Below, piece by piece: positions 51,130 through 60,577 of a stretch of DNA of 64,000 nt. Below the pieces are notes generated by a model. It was not told where the DNA came from and did no database searches. It saw only the letters and a program-made list of their open reading frames with translations. Numbering within the stretch: the stretch's first letter is position 1; the number at the start of each line of letters is the position of its first letter. A program made the translations under genes and the position numbers. Location: assembly GCA_016618085.1 (NCBI GenBank), contig JABLTG010000020.1:62001-126000 (forward strand), read 5' to 3'. Source of the DNA: Neovahlkampfia damariscottae. Taxonomy: Eukaryota.

Positions 51130-52050
51130 TCAAGGATGCTCTTTTATGAATAAAAAATAAGGATAACCAGTTGCAAATTTAAAAGTTAAACCTAAAATTA
51201 ACCCATAAAAAAAAAATGAAATAATTGAAAATATGATTCCATTACAAATATAAAAGAAAGTCCAACCAAATATTTTGGTGTACTTGTTGTAATTTAATGA
51301 AATTCTTATTAAATAAAGAGTTCCTCTTTTTCTCAAAAATACAACCATTGTCAAAATTAAACAAAAAAAATATGATCCAAGTGTTGAAACTATTGGAGTA
51401 CCCCAATTGACGAGCCATGCAGTTGATTTTGGAGCAACACACCAAGGACATTTATGTTCAGCATGTGGATCATAAATATTACAATTATTAATGCCTCCAA
51501 GCCATAAAAAAGTACATCCACATCTGAATAATAAACCACAATATGGTAATAAAAATAAATATGAAAAAAGATAACTAAATCCAAATATTGGAAATATAAA
51601 CAAAATTGAAGAAGAAATGAAACCTACAATCTTTAAAAAAATGGTTTTGCAAATTGATTCATCTCTTGGTTTGAGTGATAATTTTCGTTTATCCAACAAC
51701 TTTTTTTTAACATCGTCATCAGATTCATCATCTGTTGTAATTATTCTTTCATCCTCTATGTTTGTTTTGGTATTCGCATTAGGAACTTCTGTTGTGATGG
51801 AATCTCTTTCATTTCTTTCAAAATGATGTTCCATTTCTGGAAGATCTATTATTTTGATATTTTGTTGTGATTCTGTTGATTCAGATCCTTCCTCTTTGCC
51901 AACTCCAGATTTTGAATAACTTTGTTCAATATCCTCATTTTTCATTGTGGTTGAATCAACATGAAGTATTTCAGGTATTTTTGTTGAAGATGTTCCTTGC
52001 TCAAAGACTTCATGGAATTCCTCCACTTCAGCAATTTTATTTTCGTTCAT
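51130..52050 (-). CDS. Polytopic membrane protein with acidic N-terminus and Cys-rich loop
   Basis: About three hydrophobic segments; CGLLFRCGC..W.GG..NCNI......CPWC. Confidence 0.75.
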   Translation of the reverse strand: MNENKIAEVEEFHEVFEQGTSSTKIPEILHVDSTTMKNEDIEQSYSKSGVGKEEGSESTESQQNIKIIDLPEMEHHFERNERDSITTEVPNANTKTNIEDERIITTDDESDDDVKKKLLDKRKLSLKPRDESICKTIFLKIVGFISSSILFIFPIFGFSYLFSYLFLLPYCGLLFRCGCTFLWLGGINNCNIYDPHAEHKCPWCVAPKSTAWLVNWGTPIVSTLGSYFFCLILTMVVFLRKRGTLYLIRISLNYNKYTKIFGWTFFYICNGIIFSIISFFFYGLILGLTFKFATGYPYFLFIKEHP

Positions 52051-52218
52051 TGACCAATGAAAATTTCTACACAGTTTTTATTTTGAAAATAAATTCTTTC
52101 TACTGAGATTCACTGGTTTTATTTTTTAATTGAGAATTTGTAACTATTGAGTGAAGAAAGACAAATTTGAAGTTGCCAAATTGGAACAGTCCAGTTGACC
52201 AATTAAACAGTTTTGAAA

Positions 52219-53199
52219 ATGCAAAAGTTGAAAATCGTTCGTGGACAACTTCATCTATTGAAAAGAACAAAATCTCGATTTCTCAACATATTGGATGTAA
52301 ACCAACGAAGAGATTATACTATGGAACAAAACAAGAATAAAAAAGAAGAAATTAAAAAGAATATTGAAAAACAAAAAATAGAAAAAGAGGAGAAAATGAA
52401 TGAGAAACAGCCAGATTCTTCAGAGACTTATATACATGCAATATCCACATCCGTTATAAATCAAATGAAACTTTTGAACTCCTATGAAGTACGAGGTTAT
52501 TCAATTTTACAAATTACATCTGTGATAATTGTATTAGGTGGTTTTATATTGTATTTATATGGAGATAAAATTAAAGTATTTGGAGCTAAAAAAGGTGCAG
52601 ATTTAACAAGTGATGTATTGCAAGATGATAATGTAAAAACCAAAGCAGGAGAATTATCAAAAGATGTTATACATTCAATTTTAAATGATAAAACAACAAA
52701 AAATCAAACAGTTTCATTTTTAAGTCAATTAGCAAATGATCAAAGAACATTAGAATCTATTGTTAAAATATTAAATGATAGTTTAAAAAATGAAGACACA
52801 AAAGAAGCATTTCAAAATTTATTAAAAACAACTTTTATTTATTTGTATCAAAATGATGGATTTAAAGATCAAACAACCGAATTTTTACAATACTTATTAA
52901 AACAAGATAAAACAAAAGAAACATCAGTTTATATTTTCAATTCAATATTACAAAATGAATCAGTTAAAAAACAAGCAGCTGATTTATTATCAAATGTAAC
53001 AAATGATCCAAATTTAAGAGTACAATCATTTGAATTAATGAAATGGAGTTGTATGCAAGTATTACAAGATGAATATGTTCAAAATCAAGCAAAAGATTTT
53101 GTACAAAATGTATTAAAAGATAAAAAAGTGCATGTTGATGCAGGTGATGCACTTTGGGAAGCAGTAAAGAATTCAGTAACTCCAAGTTTTTTGAGATAA
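52219..53199 (+). CDS. Hypothetical single-TM protein with helical repeats, probably mitochondrial
   Basis: Arg/Lys/Leu-rich N-terminus; TM ITSVIIVLGGFILYLY; repeated helical units of about 19 aa (L-x-D-x-x-x-K). Confidence 0.7.
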   Translation: MQKLKIVRGQLHLLKRTKSRFLNILDVNQRRDYTMEQNKNKKEEIKKNIEKQKIEKEEKMNEKQPDSSETYIHAISTSVINQMKLLNSYEVRGYSILQITSVIIVLGGFILYLYGDKIKVFGAKKGADLTSDVLQDDNVKTKAGELSKDVIHSILNDKTTKNQTVSFLSQLANDQRTLESIVKILNDSLKNEDTKEAFQNLLKTTFIYLYQNDGFKDQTTEFLQYLLKQDKTKETSVYIFNSILQNESVKKQAADLLSNVTNDPNLRVQSFELMKWSCMQVLQDEYVQNQAKDFVQNVLKDKKVHVDAGDALWEAVKNSVTPSFLR

Positions 53200-53219
53200 A
53201 AAATTTTTTAATTCATCTT

Positions 53220-55487
53220 TTATGATGTATTTCCATATTTCCAATCTTTAACAACGTTTCTATATTTTTCAGCTAAAATTGGAAAATTTTTAAAAAATGA
53301 ATCATTTTCGTATAAATTTTCAACAACATGTTTTGCATGTTCTAAAATTTCATTTTCTTTTGGTAATTTTGTTAATTTTAAATAAGTTTTTAAATTTCCA
53401 CTTTGTTTTAAACCAAGTAAATCACCTGGACCTCTTAATTTCAAATCCATTTCTGATATTTTAAAACCATCATTAGTTGCACATATAATTTCTAATCTTT
53501 CATTTGATTCTTCATTCATTTTATTTTCATTTTTCATTAATAAACAATAAGATTGATCAATACCCCTTCCTACTCTACCACGTAATTGATGAAGTTGAGA
53601 TAAACCATATCTTTCTGAATTTTCAATTACCATTACAGTTGCATTTGGTACATCAATACCAACTTCAATTACAGTTGTAGCAATTAAAATATCAGTTTCT
53701 TTATTTTTAAATTTTCTCATTTCATTTTCTTTTTCTTCTAAACTCAATTTACCATGAACTAAACCAATATTATATTTTTCAAATAATGAATTCTTTGATA
53801 AATTTTTAAAAGATTCTTTTGCTGATTTTAAATCAAAAACATTTTCATTTTCATCAATAAAAGGATAAACAATATAAGCTTGATGACCATTTTCTAATTC
53901 AGATTTCAAAAAATTTAACATTTTTTCTCTTTCATTTTCATTAATTATTGAAGTTTTAATAGGTTTTCTTTCTTTTGGTACATCATTTATTGTTGTAATT
54001 TTTAAATCAGCATATTTTGTCATTCCTAATGATCTAGGTATTGGTGTAGCACTCATTAATAATAAATGTAAAACTCCTTTTTCTAACATAATTTGTCTTT
54101 GTGCAACTCCAAATTTACAAAATTCATCAATTACTAACATTCCAATATTTTGAAAATTCAAATTTTCATTTAAAATAGTTTGAGTACAAACACATATTTT
54201 TGATTCACCTGATTCTAATGATTCTAATATTTCATTTCTTTCATTTTTACTTTGACCTCCAATTAATAATTTAACATTCTCTTTTTTTAAAAAATTTAAT
54301 AAATAAGAATAATGTTGTTCTGCTAAAACTTGAGTTGGTGCAACAAATATTCCTTGATATCCAGAATCTAATGCTAATAATAAAGATACAATACCAACTA
54401 TAGTTTTACCACAACCAACATCTCCTTGTAATAATCTATTCATTTTTAATCCTGATTTTACATCATTTATAATTTCATGAATTGCATCTTTTTGACCTTT
54501 GGTTAATGGAAATGAAAGTGAATCTAAAAAGGATTGTGTATATTTTCCAATTCCTTTTAATTTTAAATTTTGTTTTCCAAGTTGTTTAAATCCTAATACT
54601 TCATTATTATATTTTATATTTGAATAAAATAATTGAAGAAATATACATTCATCAAATTTTAATCTTTTTTTTGCTTCTTCAATTCTTTGAATTGAATTTG
54701 GAAAATGTATTTGAGTATATGCATCTCTAATTCCTATTAAATTATATTTCTTTAAAATCCAAGTTGGTAAGTATTCTCTAATTTCGGAAAATTGAATTGC
54801 TTGTTGTATTAATTTTAATAAACTCTTTTGACCAATTCCACTTTTACTTAATACTTGATTCTTTTTGTAAATTGGTAAAATTTGAAAATCTAAATTTTCA
54901 TAAACATAGAATTCAGGTTGAATAATAGTTAGTTTTGAGTTACTTTTTGATACTTTTCCTTTAAACCAAATTGTCAAATTTTTTGAAATGATATCTTTAA
55001 TTTCATGTCGTAAATATGAATTTCCTCTAAAAAAATATGCGCTTATTTGATTATCATCTTCTTCTGAACTATTTTTATCGACTTGTTGTATTTTTAAAAT
55101 TCCAATTGGTTGACTTCGATTTTTTATTCTAATTTGATCATAGTCAATCATTTTTCCAAGAAATGATACTACTTTACCATCATGGTGATCTGAGAAATTG
55201 TTTTTTAATTTTAATTTTTTAAAGAAACCTGAAATATCTGAAATAGAAATAATTTCCGTCATATCTACATAATCTCGAGGATAATATTTAATGATATCTT
55301 CAATGGTGTTCACACCTATTGAGTTGAAAGCTTCTACTCTTTTTGGTCCAATTTTACTTAAACTTCCAATATTTTCCTCAACTTTCTGAGAGAATGTTTA
55401 AATTTTGTTATTTGATACCTTCGTCAAGGTTCCATAATATTTATACAACCGTATGAAACTCTTTTGAGGTGTTATTTTCTTGAGCAT
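53220..55487 (-). CDS. recG: Bacterial-type RecG DNA helicase with putative organellar presequence
   Basis: IGPKRVEAF..IGV.TIEDII.YYPRDY, RLLQGDVGCGKT, APTQVLAEQH, MSATPIPRSL, TTVIEVGIDVPNAT, QLHQLRGRVGRG, RGPGDLLGLKQSG; single intron 55386-55418. Confidence 0.95.
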
Positions 55488-55625
55488 GTTTCCAACTTCA
55501 AAAATTGAGAAAAAATTTATCCAATCAAATCATTTGGTGATGTGTCTTTGAAAATTAAATTTGAAAAGTGGTTTTGAAAAATAATATTTGAAAAACAATT
55601 TCTTTTTATTTCATTGGTCAAACAA
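55488..55625. promoter_or_regulatory. Bidirectional promoter (recG / nocturnin) with two CCAAT boxes
   Basis: CCAATCA 55521-55527 and ATTGG 55613-55617 in a 138-nt divergent gap. Confidence 0.7.
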
Positions 55626-56508
55626 ATGTCAAAAGTTTTGCAAAGAAAGTTGCTCAAAATTTCTGACAACACAGGAACTCCACTCAGCATACTTCAATTC
55701 AACACTCTTGCTGATGAACTCAGTGATGCATTCCCAGAAGCTAATCCTGATATTTTAAAGTGGAATTTTAGAAGTGAATTATTGCTTGAGGAAATTATTC
55801 AACGAGACAGTGATGTGATTTGCCTGGAAGAAGTTGACCATTTTGATGATTTTTTTTTTCCACATTTATCTAAACTTGGTTATGATGGAAAGTTTTTAAT
55901 GAAGACAATGGAAAATAATAAACCAAGAGATGGATGTTGTATTTTTTTTAAAAATTCAAAATTAAAACTTGAAATCTTGAAAGAAGTACATTTTAATTAC
56001 ACCAAAGATGCAAAAGGTGCTCAAGTTGGAATCATATGTAAATTCCTTTTTGAAAAAGTAAGCCACAACAAAATAACTTTAGAAATCATTTTTATGTGCA
56101 ATGACTCACTTAAAAGCGAAAGAAGGACATGAAGAATTAAGAAAGAATCAAATTAAACACTTTATTTCCGAGATCAAAAAAATGAATGAAAATAAATTAC
56201 CAATAATAATTTGTGGTGATTTGAATGATATTCCTGATAGTTTATGTTACAAAGAATTAGAATTGAATGAATTTTCAAGTTCTTATAAACTATATGGTGA
56301 TGATATTGAACCATATACAACCTTCAAAAAAAGAAAAGAAATTGTGAAAAGATGTATTGACTATATTTGGTATACAAGTGATACATTAAAAGTTGAACAA
56401 TTATTGGAAATACCAAATAGTGATGATTTAAAAGATTATTTACCATGTGATATATTTCCAAGTGATCATTTATCAATTCAAACTATTTTTAATTTTATTG
56501 AAAAATAA
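55626..56508 (+). CDS. NOCT: Nocturnin / CCR4-like EEP phosphatase
   Basis: LQFNTLA, DVICLEEVDHF, DGCCIFF, THLKAK, CGDLN, IDYIWY, PSDH; 25-nt intron 56058-56082. Confidence 0.85.
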
Positions 56509-56520
56509 ACCAAGATATTT

Positions 56521-57530
56521 TTATTTCTTTTTTGAATTTTCAACTAAATTCATTAATTCATTCTTTTGAGCTAATATTTTTAATAAATTCACTAAAAATG
56601 GAACATAATTATGACGTCTTCTTTGATTTTCTTCTTTATAATTTTCCATTTTTAATTCTTCTTCTTTTAATCTAATCATTAATTCATTAATTTCTAATTT
56701 ATTTTTTATTGAATCTTTTTTTAGTTCAACTATTTTTTCATTTAAAATATCTTTTCTATCTCTAATCATTGCTTGAATAGAAAATAAATCATTTTCTGTG
56801 TAAGTTGAAATTCTTTTTTGTATTGTTGAAATTAAAATATTAATCCAATCATTTTCTTCTTTGTATTCTCCAATTTTTATAGGTCCTTGTTGTAATCCAT
56901 CTAATTCATATAATACACCATCAAATGGTACATAAGAAATAAAATGAAATGCATCTCCCTTTTTTTTTTGAGAATTAATTTTTTTTTCGTCTTTTACTTT
57001 TCCAGAAGAAGATTTTTCTTCATCAAAAATGAATGAATCTTGAGCATTAAATGAATTATGAGCATTTCTAATTTTATCTACCGATCCTAAACTTGTTCCT
57101 CTGTCTTCAGGAGAAAAACTTTCAGTAAATCCTTTAAAATCTTTTAAACAACTTCCAATATCAACATTTTCATTTTTAATATTCAAAAGAATTGATAGAA
57201 TTGCTTGAGTAGCACAAGCGTCTTGAATCATTTGTCTCAAAAAAAAAACTTAAAAACTAAATGATATGTCATACTTCATAAAAAATAAATCTTTTGGATA
57301 TTCTTTTGCAATTTCTCTTTTTTCTTTTTCTTGTCTATATTTGAACAAAAATACAATACCGTAAATTGGTCTAAAAAAAGAATTATATTTTTTTTTTTTT
57401 CAAACGAGAGTTGTTTTAACATGTCAGCATCAACCATAATTAACTCTTCCATCTGAACACCTTTAACACCCATCAATTGGATCAATTCAGTAAATACACC
57501 AGGATCAGATTCTATTGTGCACCAACTCAT
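56521..57530 (-). CDS. UCHL5: Ubiquitin C-terminal hydrolase UCH37/UCHL5
   Basis: [58 protein letters not shown]. Confidence 0.95.
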
Positions 57531-57588
57531 TTTTTAATTAAACCACAGGTTTTGCCCAATCAAAATGATCAAAAACTTAAATATTTAT

Positions 57589-59458
57589 TCAAATTGAATG
57601 ATGATATTGAGTTGTTGCTGAATCACTTTTTTCTGAATAATTAACATTTAAACAAGATGTTGGTACTAAAATTCTTTAATTTTTTTTTCAACTTACAATT
57701 ATCATCTTTCCTATAATCTTCACCACAGAATTTACATTTCAAAATTTCATCTGGAATATCCATCATTAAATAATTTGATTTTGGATTTGAGACTAAAAAT
57801 AATAATGTCTGTTGATTGAGATACCAACAATATGAAATATCAATCACAGGATGAGAAGAAGGAAATTTAATTTGTTTAAATTCACCATTTGTTGAAGATA
57901 TTCTTACATTAACACGATTTGGTTCATTTCCTAATCCAATATATCCTGAACCTGAAATAAATACATCACCATTAATAGTATGTAATAACAATGCATTTTG
58001 AATACTTCTAATATTCTTTATAAATCCAATTGAACTTGTATCAATTTCATAGAATGATGGTTCATTTGAAATAGAACCTTCAATTTCTCTTCTCTTTTTT
58101 AATGTTGATAAAAAATATTCATTTGAAATAAAAACTCTTCCTGTGTCTGATAATAATGCGATAAATGATGATTGAATTTCTATTTGATTAATTTGAATAT
58201 CATAATCAAATTTAAATAGTACAGGTAATGACGAAAAATTATTAATCTTTGGATATTTATGAATTGAAACAGTTTTGTTATTTTTATGAATCAATCCAAT
58301 TCGTTCTTTGTTCAATGTATAAATGTCATGAATATTTTCAGCAAACTTAATGGATTCATTTAAATAAGCATCACCTGATTTGGTCAATACAATCCCATTG
58401 GATATTTTTTTAATTTTTTCTTCGTGTAATGAAGTCACAAAATTTGAATGTTTTCTATCAAATGACCATAAACAATCTTGATTATTTGTAAAATAAAAGA
58501 TATTTGAATCAAATAAAACAACCGATGAGTTTTGATTTGAATCAATTTGAATAATATTTCCTAAATTAAAATTATTTTCGAATTCAAAATTCAATTGACT
58601 TTCAAATTTTAATAATTTTGAATTGGATTTGTTTGTAAAATCAATAATTTCAAATACTTGATTTTTGATTGAAAATAAAAATTGATTTTGAATTGATTGA
58701 ATACCTCTACCTTCTAAAGGTAAATATTTTGTTGGTAAATTATTGATACTATAAACATTAACAAAATATAAATCTGAAAATAAATAATTTTGATGATAAA
58801 GATTCTTCCAATTTATTTTTTTGTCCTTTTTTTGATTGATCAAATTAAAATATTTTTCGTCTTTTTTTTTCAAAAATAATTTCCATAATTCTTGATTTTC
58901 TGATAAATTTTTAAACTGAGAACAAGTTCTTGATAATTTCTTCAAATCAAATTCATTTAAAAATATAAAAATTTGAAATAGAATTTCTTCAACCAATTGA
59001 TCTTCTTTCATTGGTATAAATTTTAATTCTTCCATTGCTTTCGTTTCACATAATTTAATTTTTTCACCTTCTTTTCCCAATAAATAAATTTGATTTAATT
59101 TTTTCGCTTTATTGTAATAATTTAATGCTTTTTGATGCTTCTTTTCTTCAAAATAAATTTCTCCAATTTGAAATAATAATTTAGCTTGTGGTTTTGCAAT
59201 TTCAATTTGTAATAAATCTTTTAAACCATTTTCATTTTCTTTTAATTTTAAATAACATTCACTTCTTTTATTCAATAATGCACAAATTACAAATTTATTT
59301 GTTGATTTATAAAGTTCATTTTTTGATAATTGTGAAAGATTAGAAAAATTGAATACTTCAAGACCTTCAGTATAGTCTTTTAAAGCTTCAGTATAATTTT
59401 CACTTTTGAATTCTTTGTTTCCTTTTGATAAACATTGGTTTGATTTTCCACTTGACAT
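57589..59458 (-). CDS. TPR + F-box + RCC1-like propeller protein with C-terminal CxxC motif
   Basis: TPR GNKEFKSENYTEALKDYTEGL; F-box LVEEILFQIFIFLNEFDLKKLSRTCSQF..LWK; degenerate RCC1-like repeats; last exon after a 31-nt intron. Confidence 0.8.
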
Positions 59459-59619
59459 TCAAAATTCCAGTTTTGCTTTTTGCTTTGAAATTGTTATAAA
59501 AAAGAAAAAACAAAATGATTGGTTAATAATTTGACCAACAAGAAGAAGATAAATTCGTCAATCATTTTTACTTGAAAGATTGTCTGATTCAACAAAACAA
59601 ACAAAAGTGTTGATAGTTT

Positions 59620-60397
59620 TTATTCCATAAACACAAGTATCACTTGAACAAAAACAACAATTAAAGAAAACAAAGCAAATTGACTTGCATCACTTGTTGG
59701 TGTTTCTGGTTTTTTACCTGGGCTCTTTAGAGGACTTTGTACAGGTGTTGGACTTGAAACAGGTGTTGATTTTTCGCAGGATACCATTTGAACATGAACT
59801 TCTTTTCCACAGTCTTTAGTTATAGTTTCCGTTTTTGTTGAATTTGAAGAACAATCAGTATTTGGATAAGTATTTATCATTATACTGTCATTCTCACAAG
59901 TATATTTCAATGATTGTTGTTCATTTAAAAAGTTTGGAACACATTTATCGACATATCCTCCATTTATTTGAATTGGATCACCATCGCATGTTGAAGAGTT
60001 GAACTGTTTGAATTTATACCCAATACTGACAGGTGGTTCTTCTAAATTACAAACTGGCATCGCCCAAATGTTACCAGTTACTTTAAAACATTTTCCGCCT
60101 TTAAAAATAAGAAATTACTTTTTCCGACTTACTTTCTAGTGATTGTGTTGATGCACATTCAGTAACATTACAATTTTGTTTGCAACCTGTTGAAAACATG
60201 ATGGTTGAATTTTCGCATTTTGGGAGTAAATATGAAGTCATTGAAGAAGGAACACATTTGTTGTCTTCATATCTTTGGTATTGAAATAATGAAGCTGGAT
60301 CACAGTTACTAGTCGAAAAATGTCCAATGTAAATGGCAGCAACTGAAAATTGAATAAAATAAATTAAGCTGCAGAGAACTAAAATTTGGTACTTCAT
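59620..60397 (-). CDS. Secreted Cys-rich, probably GPI-anchored surface protein
   Basis: Signal peptide; two Cys-rich repeats; S/P/T linker; omega-like SDAS followed by a hydrophobic C-terminus; one intron. Confidence 0.8.
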
Positions 60398-60577
60398 TAA
60401 AATTTTATGAAAAACAAATTTGAACTTTAGAGTCACTAAATAAGAAATTGTTTAACCTAAAATTTCTGAATTTAGTTCAAATTGATTTCAGCCTTTAATT
60501 TTTCTGGATGATAGTCAAAAAAAACAAAATGAACAAAAAAGGAAAAATAGAATTTAAACATAAAAATAAAAATTCAT

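Noticed and set aside
52219..56508. Three adjacent possibly mitochondrial genes as a functional cluster
   Set aside because: Targeting is only inferred, is weak for nocturnin, and three in a row can be chance.
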